From positions 95,976,001 through 96,040,000 of the forward strand of contig NC_043006.1 of NCBI RefSeq assembly GCF_006345805.1: DNA of 64,000 bases, in the 5' to 3' direction. The DNA comes from Octopus sinensis. Taxonomy: Eukaryota. Shown here piece by piece: positions 40,938 through 54,122 of this stretch. The notes below the pieces were generated by a model. It made no database searches, was not told the origin of the DNA, and was given only the letters and a program-made list of their open reading frames with translations. Numbering within the stretch: the first letter of the stretch is position 1; each line of letters starts with the position of its first letter. A program made the translations under genes and the position numbers.

Positions 40938-41031
40938 AAGTTAGGTTATTAGATGCTATTCCTCCAAAACATCTCAACAGACTGAATATTAATTAATTAC
41001 ACGAATAATTGGTGCATATATATATATATAT

Positions 41032-42043
41032 ATAAGTTTAACAATTAAGGATAATCTCTTAATAAGGGATCTTAACAAGAAATTATCGGGTAGCTAGCGT
41101 GAAAACCTCATAAAAGAAAAGAATTCGAAAATAATTTTTTTCTTTTGAACAAATTAATTATATCTATATTGTATAGAGGGCATTATTACACATAAATGCC
41201 TCACACTAGGAGGGACAAAGTCATTACTACCAAAATTATACTAATCATACCCAAATGCAGTTTTTCAAAGCAAGACATTTAAAAAATGAATTTAGTTCTG
41301 AACACATCATAAATAAACTACCAACCTTACGTAGCGAAGACGAACAGACAACTGCTCACTCCGGCCAAGCACATGGAATGTTTATAAATCATATATCCGG
41401 TAAATGGCGGGCTTTTTACGAACTATCACGGTGATACAGAACTAAATTCATTTTTTTAAATGTCTTGCTTTGAAAAACTGCATTTGGGTATGATTAGTAT
41501 AATTTTGGTAGTAATGACTTTGTCCCTCTTAGTGTGAGGCATTTATGTGTAATAATGCCCTCTATACAATATAGATATAATTAATTTGTTCAAAAGAAAA
41601 AAATTATTTTCGAATTCTTTTCTTTTATGAGGTTTTCACGCTAGCTACCCGATAATTTCTTGTTAAGATCCCTTATTAAGAGATTATCCTTAATTGTTAA
41701 ACTTATCCGAAATACTTTTCATTACCCGACATGCAGTTCGTAAAAAGCCCGCCATTTACCGGATATATGATTTATAAACATTCCATGTGCTTGGCCGGAG
41801 TGAGCAGTTGTCTGTTCGTCTTCGCTACGTAAGGTTTGTAGTTATTTATGATGTGTTCAGAATCAGTTCTGCTGACGATCATTAGACGTAAGTTGAATGT
41901 GAAATCACGGTGATACAGAACTAAATTCATTTTTTAAATGTCTTGCTTTGAAAAACTGCATTTGGGTATGATTAGTATAATTTTGGTAGTAATGACTTTG
42001 TCCCTCCTAGTGTGAGGCATTTATGTGTAATAATGCCCTCTAT

Positions 42044-42050
<7 letters not shown>
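41032..42050. repeat. Inverted copy + 479-bp monomer + partial tandem copy of an HHR repeat
   Basis: atcacggtgata|cagaactaaattc occurs at 41436 and 41915; 41032-41424 is an inverted, permuted copy; homologous to 16120-16530. Confidence 0.88.
41865..41922 (+). ncRNA. Type I hammerhead ribozyme
   Basis: AGTTCTG-CTGACGA-TCATT...AATGT-GAAA-TCAC g GTGA-TA|CAGAACT; 7-bp stem I, U.U at the base of stem II, AUA triplet after 41915. Confidence 0.78.
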
Positions 42051-42084
<34 letters not shown>

Positions 42085-42428
42085 GATTTGGAAAGGAAGT
42101 GGCGGTGTTTTAATATTCATACTAGATGATTACAATATATACTACTTCAGGGCAGCGAACTGGCAGAATATCAGCAAGCCGAATGAAATGCTTAGCGGCA
42201 TTTCATCTTTATTTACATTTTGAGTTCAATTTCCGCCGAGGTCTGTTTGCTTTTCAGGCTTTCGGGGTCAAAAATGATGTCATCGACCCATCCTCTCCCT
42301 TGCACTTGCTGGCCTTATGCCAAAATTTAAAACCAACATACTCTACGATATGTGGGTGAATATGGGGACGCTATGAGAGTGAAAGAGGGAAAGAGAGAGA
42401 GAAAACCAAAGCTAAAGTGAGTAGTCGT

Positions 42429-42464
<36 letters not shown>

Positions 42465-44083
42465 GGTAGTGGTAGTAGTAGTAGTAGCAGCAGCAGCAGC
42501 TGTACTGAGAGTAGCATATGAATGTTACTCTTACAACCTGTACAAATAAAAGGAGGAACGAATTTAATAAAAGAAAGATTCTATAATCCAAAAATTACAG
42601 CAGAGTCAATATATATGAAAATAATGTATTTTATTATATAATAAATAATATTTCATTACGTCAATAAATTTTTCCATGAAAAGAATTCAGACAAGAACTT
42701 CAAAAAAGCGCATATTTATAACCTTATTTTCAAGTCTGTGTGAAAATTTCAAATATTTACTAGTTTTTCACCAAACTGTTTATTTCCAAAATGGATTTTC
42801 AAATAATTGATTCAAGAGTCATTTTTCTATATTTCAAATGTCAGGAGACGCTGAATGAAAGTAAGAAAAACTGAGGGAGGAATGTTAACCCCGAAGAAAA
42901 AACGTTGCAGGCAACCTACCTGAACCACCCAAGACTTATGGATTTTAGATATTTTTAATCGATTTTGTTTAAACCAACCGAGAACTAGTTTCTAAAAGGC
43001 AAATCAAATATTGGGGAAATTTTATCCATTGTGAATGTTCGTTGCGAATCGATTCCGCTTAACAGCCGATTAGTTGATTTTTGTGAAGAGACATACACCT
43101 ATACAGACATACAGTTGCAATAGCGGTGTATGTATGCATGTATGTATTTATATAGGCGAGCATATCTATCTGTCAAGTTATATGCATGTATGCACACATA
43201 TATATATACACATCAATGTGAGTGTGAGTGTATTTTATGTATATATTATATAATGTTCTATTATCTGAAGATACGATAGAAATTACGCAATTTCTTATAG
43301 TTTCGTGTTAAATCACATTTAATCTTTTGTTTTCTTCCCCTAAATTTAAATCTTTTGCCCTCAATTATTAAGTTGCTATCACGTAAACATAGGACCCTTA
43401 AATTGTGTATTGCGATCTGCTTATTTTACCCTGAAAACAAATATTCATACATACATATATATACGTGCTTGCGTGTGTGTGTATATGTGTGTGTATGTGT
43501 GTGTGCGTGAGTGTGCCTATGTGAGTATCCGTGTGTATGTATATGTATATATATGTGTGTGTGTGCGTGTACCTATATATCTATGTATGTATAAATAAAT
43601 ATTTATTATATAAGATGGATCTCTGTGTGTGTGTGTGGCCGTGTATTCACTTTTCACGCAAAAACGGCTGCGCGAATCGGTTCCATACTTGGATACATGA
43701 ATAATTTGACCTCGGACACATAATAAGGTCATTTATTATTTTTTTAAACAATATAAAATAAATAATATTGTTTTATATGTATATGATTCACTTCTCTTAA
43801 AAGTTTTCTCAAAGTCAACTTCCGGTATGGACTTAGCAACAGGTTTTTAAATGCTTAGTTCCGGTATTAATGAAGGATTTATCGCTACCTAGACACGCAC
43901 GTGTATGTATAACCACTTCTATTTCATTTCAAAACCTGTGTTCTTGAATTTTGAAAGTAAATGTTACTTTCTGAGAAATACGCTAATCTTACGCTACAGG
44001 CAAAGAGTACTGTGTCAAGGCTATGAGTTTATAACGAGGAGTGAACCCAGGTCCCTCTGCTTGTTTATATATAAATGTACATA

Positions 44084-44119
<36 letters not shown>

Positions 44120-44158
44120 TAGCTATGCAAGTACAAGTAAAAGCGCATATAGATATAT

Positions 44159-44346
44159 ATCAAAATAAGCAACAAGGATATCCAAGGTAGTGTAGTACAA
44201 TCGTTTCATGCTACTTCATTTTATTAAACAGTAAGTATTACATCAGTTTTAAAATGTTGATGTAACACTTACATTGTTTAATAAAATGAAGTAGCATGAA
44301 ACGATTGTACTACACTATATTGGATATCCCTGTTGCTTATTTTGAT
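44159..44346. repeat. Foldback (~70-bp outer arms plus inner arms)
   Basis: atcaaaataagcaac...ttaaaca is inverted at 44275-44346. Confidence 0.88.
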
Positions 44347-44445
44347 TATAATCACCCCATTTGATTTATATGGATAATACCATACCAAATTCTGGTGCCT
44401 TTAACTTAAGTACCATATTCATCTGAATCTAAATTTTGCTGAACT

Positions 44446-44478
<33 letters not shown>

Positions 44479-44548
44479 ATAGAGAGATAGAAAGATCGAT
44501 AGATAGATAGATGGATGGATGGATAAACAGACAGACAGAGAGAGAGAC

Positions 44549-44585
<37 letters not shown>

Positions 44586-45255
44586 TATATATATATATAG
44601 ATAGATAGATAGATAGACAGATATACATATATGTGTGTGTACATATGTACGTAAATAAATAACGTTTACATGCACAAAGATACACATACACTCGCCCCCC
44701 CCCCGACCGCATAAACACACACATACACATATGCAGAGACACAGAAGGAAATAGAGCGAGAGCGAGATTTGTGCATATAGATAAATACAAAGAGAACGCA
44801 CAACGTTAAAAACATCGTTAACACTTGAAGATGAGTTTTTAAAATTACGTGATAGAGGCTAAATAGGCAACGGCTACGTTTTCTCTTTGAATTCATTTTT
44901 GAAGGAGGCTGTTATAAACTGCGCTGAAATTGCCAAAAGGAAATATAAAGTAAATGTAAATGTTACAGTTAAATTTTAGTCGTTGTTGACATTTCCGAAT
45001 TTTCCTTCCTTATCCTTCAGGTAATGCAGATAAATAATGCTAAATAAATTTCAGCGCATCATAGCCTTTTAAAATTTCTACTTTCACTATTTTTACAAAA
45101 AAAAAAAAAAAGAATTACGTGTCAAATAATATTTCTCGGCAACGCACATAATGCATCTTTTCATGCAGTGGCACACGGATTGTCTAGAAGCTGTTATCGA
45201 AATTGAGAAATCACATTCAAACTGTAATCAATACGTACACACATACGTACACACA

Positions 45256-45289
<34 letters not shown>

Positions 45290-46114
45290 CATACATACAT
45301 ACATACATACATACATACATACATACATACATACATACATACATAGCCATAGCCACTCATAATGAAAATGATTACTGGTGGAATGTCCTGTGAAGACCTC
45401 AATAAAATGTAAGCACAAGAGACCTGATATAATGATTTGGGATAGAGAATAGAAACTGTGCTCAGTCGTGGAAATTACTCAGAGTTACTGGATGTTACTC
45501 AGAGTTTCACTTTTCCATAAAACTCCGAGTAACAGTCTTTTGTGCTGCTTTTGCAGCTTTAATATACATATATATATGTATGTATGTATTTATATATGTA
45601 ATACTTTTATCTTTTATCTTTTACTTGTTTCAGTTATTAGACCTCGGCCACGATGGGACACCAACTTGAAGAATTTTAGTCGAATGAATCGACCCCAGAT
45701 TTTAAAGACACTCACACACACTCATACATGAATATAGATTGGTTGTAGATGGAGCTATCAAACACCTACACACACACACATTATTGATGAAGGAAACGGA
45801 AGATCGATTTGGAACGAATCTTTATTCAACGCGACGATCATTTAGCCCCACCCTGCTGCTGTCCCCCCGTAAGGGTTGGATATTTTGCCTCTGGTTGTGT
45901 CGCATCAATCAGTGCAGTCTGCGTCTCCTCTGGTGTTTGGTATAAAATATATCATACTACATGTACTAAGATCCTCCACTCATGTAGCCTCATCAACTAT
46001 AAATCAATCGAACACTGTGGATGACATTCAGAGAGTCCACACGATGAATGGAGTTTAATCGCCATACTAATAGACATATACCCAAAGTTTAAATAATTCC
46101 TGTTATATATATAT

Positions 46115-46164
<50 letters not shown>

Positions 46165-46167
<3 letters not shown>

Positions 46168-46480
46168 GTGAAGTATATTTGCCATCTAAATATGGCTAAC
46201 CACTAAGCGTGTATGTTATTGTAGCTTGTAGCCCCAGGAGAATATCTTCTCCAGCTGGATATTGACACACTTTCTGAGCCCTATCGGTATTTGCTTCCTG
46301 GATTTGCAAATACCGATAGGGCACAGAAAGTGTGTCAATAGTCATCTGGAGAAGATGTTCTCCTGGGGCTACAAACTACAGTAACATCCACCCTTAGTGG
46401 TTAGACATATTTAGATGGCAAATATACTTCATATTGTCGTGCACTTACTGTCTATACCTCGTTCAGAGATTTATTATTGC
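46165..46480. repeat. Foldback (~130-bp arms, 11-nt loop) of the family downstream of the 19.4-kb HHR
   Basis: 46165-46294 versus 46306-46435; shares gccatctaaatatggctaaccactaag with 4821. Confidence 0.9.
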
Positions 46481-46481
46481 C

Positions 46482-46516
<35 letters not shown>

Positions 46517-46523
46517 TAGGGTA

Positions 46524-46569
<46 letters not shown>

Positions 46570-46578
<9 letters not shown>

Positions 46579-46717
46579 GGGGCGATAAGAAATGGAGTAA
46601 TGATTAACAAAGTGAAGTGGATCATTGGTGTTTTAAAGTCATTATTAATTCAATTAAATAATGACTTTAAAATACCATTGTTAATTATTGCTCCATTTCT
46701 TATCGTCCCTATATATA
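46570..46717. repeat. Nested foldback / MITE-like
   Basis: taggggcgataagaaatggag...ctccatttcttatcgtcccta, with inner arms ttttaaagtcattatt/aataatgactttaaaa. Confidence 0.8.
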
Positions 46718-46869
46718 TTAAACCACGGTTTTACCTTTAAATTATTACCGTATACCTTATAACAATGAGCATACATACTGAGGTAATGCACCTACGGATA
46801 CATCTATCCCTTAGATGGCTGCATAACCTCTAACTTATATCTTACACAATATATATATATAGATCGATA

Positions 46870-47212
46870 TATATTCTCGCCCACAACATCATAAGCGGGA
46901 AGTGTAACCTCTCGAAAGAGCTGTTCTTCACTCCTGCTTCGGAGCGTCGGCTGCGGGGTCATTCCGAAAAGCTCTACCTGCGACGATTTCATCTCAATCG
47001 AAGGAGAGGAGCTTTCTCCGTCCGGGTTGCGGATCCGTGGAACAAGCTGCCAGACGAGATGGTGAAGATGCCGACGACCGCTTTGTTCAAAGCCTCCCTG
47101 GACCTCAAGTGGCCTGAACTCTTTATAAGAACACCACCCTGTACTTAACTCCATGTCCCCCTACATGGCCTTGCTATTTGCTTTTGAGCCAAATTAACTA
47201 ACTAACTAACTA
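46870..47212 (+). mobile_element. CR1-type LINE 3' end with (TAAC)n tail
   Basis: RLRGHSEKL...FSVRVADPWNKLPDEMV...FKASLDLKW, then a short 3' UTR and tandem tail. Confidence 0.85.
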
Positions 47213-47225
47213 ACATATACATACA

Positions 47226-47258
<33 letters not shown>

Positions 47259-48170
47259 TTCGTTGCCTTGAAACCCGAGGTTTTCGCCATTGACATCCTA
47301 AAACGAGAACTTTCTTTTTTTCAGTTTCCAGATGATTTATAGCTATTAGAATAACTTCGACATTTCGACTATAATAAATAGTTCGACGAAGTGCCTAGTA
47401 CATTAGAATTACACAGTCTCTGTAAAGGTCGGAATCGTATATTTTCGACGGGAGCATGAAAAGCTGCAATAAAGTAGAAACATGCTCACAAGTTCGAGAG
47501 CATATATTGCATAGGATTTAGTTATATATGCAACTGCAATTAGAAGAGTCAGAAATGATGTTTTACCATTCTCAAAACACTTGTTGAAATTTAGTAAAAT
47601 AGTAAATGCTAACAATAAGTTCAAGAAAGTTCTAAATATATATACTCGTCGTAATGTTCTATATAGAATACTTGACCAAATCGAGGAAAAAATCCTTACG
47701 GGAAATGCCTCGAGGAGATGTTATATATATAACTTAATGTGCCATCTTCCTGCATTCAATTGGCAAATTTTAGTCAGCAACATCACGGTATCATGGTATC
47801 ACGGTATTGATCAGACTACCTGATGTTATACATTTCTCGTTACAATACGATTCGTATTGTTTTCACCTTCGAAGGATGCCTTCCCGTTGGCAAGACAAAC
47901 CGGGGAAGTTAGCAACATATGACAGGAAAATTGTTTAATGGCGAATAACGTCCAGCAAAATACCATACGATGTAACAGCAGCAGTCCAGACCAACGAACT
48001 GGTTTTTCAAAAATTGATTACATACCCAGAGGCACTTAAATCAAATCCAAACTAAACAAACCGGAAATGGAACATCACGTTTGTAAGGCTAATTAGTACT
48101 TATGTCCCTACCGACTATGTATGTACAATCTCTACACATCTGCAGTAGAAATCAAAATCATATTGTCTAT

Positions 48171-48330
48171 ACATTATTTACATTATTTACATTTGACCGA
48201 CATTTGTCCTCGTCTTGTGTGTTGTTAACACAACGTTTCGGCTGATATACCCTCCAGCCTTCATCAGGTGTCTTGTTGAAATTTCGAACCTGGGTTCTCA
48301 TTCCTGAGGTATTTGTCGATGTTGTTGTTG

Positions 48331-48368
<38 letters not shown>

Positions 48369-48647
48369 GTTGTTGTTGTTGTTGTTGTTGCTGTTGTTGC
48401 TGTTGTTGTTATTATTATTATTATTATCGTTCTTGTTGTTGTTATCATTATTATTGTTGTTATTATTATTCAGCTCACAGCCTGAACTCGGAATTTTGGG
48501 ATTAGTAGCCCGCGCTCTTAACCACTACGCCCTATGCCCAGGTCCCAAATTTCCCTACGGCTGGAGTGTATATCAGCCGAAACGTTGTGTTAACAACAAA
48601 GAAGATGAGGACAAATATCCGTCAAATGTAAATAATGTAAATAGTGT
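48171..48647. repeat. Inverted pair of Penelope-type short repeats around (TTA/TTG)n
   Basis: 48171-48259 is approximately the reverse complement of 48559-48647. Confidence 0.85.
48227..48272 (-). ncRNA. Minimal type I hammerhead (Penelope-type, AACGUU palindrome)
   Basis: Minus strand GACAC-CTGATGA-A-GGCTG gagggtatat CAGCC-GAAACGTT|GTGTT; stem III is only possible as a dimer; GUU triplet. Confidence 0.8.
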
Positions 48648-50436
48648 ACATAATTCTCCATCTCTCTTATAAACAACAGGTTATCTAAAACGCAATAGCT
48701 CGTTGGTGAAAGAAGACGTAAGACCTAAATGGAAAATTTCCGAAAATAGAAGAAAACAATATGAAAACAATAATTTCAAAGCAAGAAGAAAAAGCAAAAT
48801 CATATTGAAGCTACTTTGGGAGAGAATAAAGTACATGCAAATATAAAATAGGCAATAATAATCAATGCAAATACATACATTAATTACTTCCTGGGATAGG
48901 GCATATGTGTACCGCAGAAAATATTTAGTATGATTATGCAAAAAGTTTTGTTCACCAGAAGAAAATAGACGATGCCACGTTGCAGATATCATGAGGAATG
49001 CACTTTTGAAAGTTAGTGTGAATTAAAAAAACGTGATAAAGTAGCGGCAATATCAGTGAAGATACAATAATGTCCATCAGGAATGCAAAAATATGAAAAT
49101 TAACCCAAGATAGATAATCATATTTTCGTTACATGAGATGTTGACTGAAAGTTACCCTAAAAATATATCAAAACACGTTGTGCGTATACAGATATAAAAA
49201 CAGATATAAAAACAGCAATGGGATCGAATGATAAACTTTAGCAAAACAATTTATGAATTACAGAATCAACAGGAAAATACAGGTGAGGTGCTGAACAAAG
49301 CAATGAACAAGAGAAACAAGTATAGCAACGCTCGACATAGTGAAGCAAAATAGGATGTTTATTGTGCGAAGGAGAAACCTACTCGCAAAATATAGCTAAA
49401 ATGACCAATGGGAAACGATATAAGGAAAATCAAATTCAGAAAAACTGGCATAGGAAAATCCCATAAAAAATTTGACATGTAAACAACCACAAAGGTGAGT
49501 AAAATGCAAATAAAAGAAGAGTAATCGAATTGATAAAACGAAAATAACGATTATCATAGACAAACATAAATAACGAGCTACTGAAACGACAGAGTTAGAA
49601 AAGGTAGCAAATCCAATTTCATGTACATAAGTCAAGGCTGAATAACGAAAAACTACAGAATTTTACGTTTCATGTTACGACGTGAAACTCCAGGTGCGAG
49701 AATATGATTTCAGATCAATAAAATTGTGTGTCTTATATACAAAAATATTTTCCTTTCTGTTTGGAATGTGTGCGTGCGCGTGTTTTTTGTGCGTGTGTGA
49801 GCATATATATATATATATATATATATACATACATATATATCACATGTGCACATGTGCACATATTAAACATGTATGTGTGTCTATGACCGACACTAAGTAC
49901 GTGGAAATATAAGTCACACGCATATACTGGTACATATAAACAAGCATATAAATTCCTAATTTACAGAAGCGCATACACACACGGACACAAATACCATTAC
50001 ACAAGCATAAACACTCTCATAAATACATACATGTGATGGAGGTATACGTGTTTGCTCGTGTAAGAAAGAGTTTGGATGATATTCTCGCCAGGAATGTATA
50101 TGTTTAACTTTGTCTTACAGTAAAATAAATGACTACTTATTGATAACAAAACATAAGTTGGAAAATTGTATAGTTTTCTTCCTATAGAAGTATGTTTTTC
50201 TTTCAGTAAAATACGACTTGATTGTATTATGCTTGCAAACAGACCTTGCCAAGACTGAATTATTAAAATAAACATTGGCCCAATCAACAAGACGAACATT
50301 GAAACAAATATAACCTGATTCTCTTTTCTAATGATTCGCCTAAACAAAGTCGGCAGAGATTCATATGTGAATGTATGTGTACGTAATTATATGAGTGTTT
50401 GTGTGTCGATTAATATAGGTAATATACGTGTATACG

Positions 50437-50483
<47 letters not shown>

Positions 50484-50779
50484 TATGTATGTAGATAGAT
50501 AGATATTCATAATATATTCATATATGTATGTATGTTTTTATTCGGTTTTATTTCAAGACTTCTTGCCAATAGAGAAAGAGCTGGTTTCTAACCGAGATCC
50601 AAGGCTCCTTCATTGGAATTTAGACATCAACAGATTATTTTTATATGTATATATGTATGTATGTATGTTTGCAGATTTGTATGTTTTGTTTCATGTATGT
50701 ATTCTCATGTTGCATGTCTAGACGTGCCCATATATACTTAAATGATAAACTTCTAGAAGGTTTTACACATTTTTACAGT

Positions 50780-51310
50780 TCCAGTGATGGTTGGGATCTG
50801 TAGTCTTCGAATCAGCTTTCTCTGGTTTGGTTTTGAGATGAATAAGTTCTCAAGACTGGTATTTAGGAAGTGTGTAACATATCTGAGTGCCACAATAATT
50901 ACAGGTATGAACCTGAACTTCTAAGCTGGATAGAGTGGCTGTAGATTCCTCAGTAGTTCAGCATGGCAGCTGATTTCCACAACCGTACACAATTTCTCTT
51001 CTCTGTCCCAAATTAATGTCACGTCTCTTACTAGTGTGTTTTACAGTTTTCACTCTTTTCAAAACCATGCAGCATCATTTATCCTGATCAAACTCCGCCC
51101 CTTAACATATTGAACATTTTTTCCCCCTCCTGCATATTCTTTCCATATAGTTTCAAGTCATCCACAAAGGAACAGTGAGTAAGTTTGCTATTTATATTTC
51201 TTTGTGAACCAGTGAGATACAGCTCAGGCTTCCTTAACATGAATGACAAAGGGTTTACGGAAAGTATAAATATCACCGAGAGGCTGACCTCCTGGAATAT
51301 AGCTCTGCAA
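50780..51310 (-). pseudogene. Decayed R4/Dong-like RT fragment
   Basis: IFQEVSLSVIFILSVNPLSFML...HCSFVDDLKLYGKN resembles GIFQGDSLSPL...HLLYMDDLKLY. Confidence 0.75.
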
Positions 51311-51389
51311 TAATGTATGTATGCAAGCATGTATGTATGTAAGGAGAGTAGGAGAAAGTGACTTTTACCACACCTCGGCATTAAAATTT

Positions 51390-51760
51390 ACTCAAGCACA
51401 AGAGCAGAGTGTCACTGTATAGTACCAAAGACCCCGACATGAATATCAAGATACAAGACAGCATATTGCAACAGCTTGTGCTTCAAGGGACTACTGCCCT
51501 TCAGTATCATCCCCAAAAGCCTGACAGAACTATATAGGGGTAATGTAGGTGTCTTCAAAGCAAAACTATATCTCCTGCAAAGAGTTGCGGTTGAACTTAC
51601 CTCACGGCAGTGAACGCAAATGAGAGCAGCAACCTCAAGCATCATCATTCACCAAATTCCACATTTAAGAGGAGGCTGCATGTTATGAAAGTGTTGCGAA
51701 ACTCACGGCGGTGCTCCAGCATGGTTGCAACGCTCGAACTGAAAGTAGTAAAAGAGTCTA
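51390..51760 (+). mobile_element. CR1-like LINE 3' end ending in the SINE-A tail
   Basis: YCNSLCFKG..FSIIPKSL...FKAKL...RAATSS, then ggcggtgctccagcatgg...gtaaaagag at 51707-51757. Confidence 0.65.
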
Positions 51761-51923
51761 CAGTCATGTACATGACGGACTTTCGCATAGTTTCTGCATT
51801 TGGCCGGTATAGGCCCATAGTAGAAGGCACTTGCCCAAAGGGTCACACAAAGCAGATGAATCGGCAACGCCACGGTTGTAAGGCAAGCATCTTAATCACA
51901 CAGGCATACCCACGTTTAACCAC

Positions 51924-51992
<69 letters not shown>

Positions 51993-52218
51993 GCATTTAT
52001 TAATAATTTGTGGGAAGAAAATTGTTAGACACAACTTTTCGATAAAAATTAGAATTCCAATATTTAGTTTACATTTTTAAAAAATAGCCAAATATTGGGA
52101 CGAGACAGTAATTACGAGCAAAATCCTTTAAACTAATGTTAAATAATTTTTTTTCTATAATACGCACATAGAATGTCTCCTACACAGATACATATAAGCC
52201 CGCACATCCCCATGCACA

Positions 52219-52253
<35 letters not shown>

Positions 52254-52480
52254 GGGAATGATGTTTGTGTGTGTGCATGTGTGTATGCATTACTCGGCAT
52301 ATGTTCAAATTCCTCGCATAAGTATTTTAATAGGTTTTGGCTCGTTAGTGAATATTTGTCTACACAATCACGCGAATATGTGTATATATAAATGCTCGGA
52401 TTTATGTGTTTATGCCTGACGAATAATAAGGCATATCTACATATTCTTAGTCATACACACAGATATAGCTACATCTCATA

Positions 52481-52516
<36 letters not shown>

Positions 52517-52982
52517 ATATATATATATATATATATCTATATATATATATATACGCACACATATATATATACATATCCACACATGTAAACATAATCACAC
52601 AAAGATCGGAGAGAAAGTGCTAGATAGATAGAACGACATATAGATAGAGAGAGGTGTATGATGAATATATATATATGCACGCTCATATATGTATATATAC
52701 ATATATATTGTGTGTGTATTCATGATATATAATATATATATATATGAATGTATGCACATACGTACATTACATACACGCACATACACAGACACTTATCTTT
52801 ATACGTGTGTGTGTGCATATAGTCATCCCTATATATGCATGTGTGTGTTTGTCTACATATTCATGCATACATACATACGTACATATATACATACATATGT
52901 ATATGTGCGTATATATTCAACAATTCAGACAGAGATCGTGAGAAAGTAATGGACATTATATTTTGTAAATTTCGAAATATTT

Positions 52983-53026
<44 letters not shown>

Positions 53027-54122
53027 GTATATATAATTATTGTTGTTGTTGTTGTTTTTGTTATTATTGTTATGATCTTCATATTTTCCTAATTACTGCC
53101 TCTCAATAGGATTATCCATCAACAAAAATCAATTAAATTGTCTTTAAAACATGGCCGCCATGCAACATAATTAGCGAAATCTCATTCAAGCGTCTCTGTA
53201 CTGCTGTTTCTTCTCTGTGTCTCTCTGTGTCTTGACTCCCATAAACAAACACACGGTCTCTGTTTGGCTACTTTTGTCAGTATATACGCCTCTGGCTCTC
53301 TCTCTTTCTCTCAGCCATTCTCTGTTATCTCTCTCTTTCTCTCTCTCGCTACCTGTTTCTTCTATTTCCTATCTTTCTCTCTGTTATTTTCTTTATTTCC
53401 ATTTTATACCAAATGTACTTGTGCTTTATTGTCTATACATGACCGAGTGTTTCTCGCATACATCATACTCGCTGCCCTCTCTCACACTTTTCTTTTTCTT
53501 CTCTCTATCTCTCTCTCTCTCTCTCACTCTACGTTTCACTCCGTCTATCACTTTATTTATCTGTCTTAAACATCCATTTCATCTCTCTCCATTCCCCATT
53601 TTCTCGCGCTCCTTTTCTTTCTGTATTTTGTTTCTCCTTTCGTTTTGTCTCGCTATCCCGTGTCTCGCCGTTTCCTTATTTTATTGTGATTATCAGCGAG
53701 TGAGTCTGTGTATAAGACTATGTTCGCGTGTGTCCAATATAAACACCATTTCATACTAAGCACGTTATATAAGTTGTATCACAATTTTGTATCACAGGAA
53801 CCAGAACAACAAACGCAAACGTAAACAACAATATCAAGGCAATTCTATCGACCACAACATTAATTGCTTCTCTAGTTTAATTTAAAATGTCCACCTCGTT
53901 TCTAACTTTGAACTCTCATAAAGAAAAATATGACATATGCACTTTCTAACTAGACGTTATTCAGATGCGGCCGGGCCTTGTTTCGAAACCGTCATCTTGT
54001 ACATCTTATTTTATTGTTTTGCAAATGAATATCTGTCCAACAGCAAGTACACACGCACAAGCGTGTAGATACACACACACCACACACTCACACACACACA
54101 CGTATATATGTGTGTATATATG

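Noticed and set aside
45900-46080. TTGATGA followed by a hairpin on the minus strand
   Set aside because: No GAAA or stem III.
47409-47823. Overlapping open frames on both strands (~100 codons)
   Set aside because: No convincing motif; only a vague resemblance to a PLE linker; cannot be supported without a search.
50560-50625. Minus-strand CCAATGAAGGAG...GAAACCAGCTC
   Set aside because: Core and all three stems deviate too far from a hammerhead.
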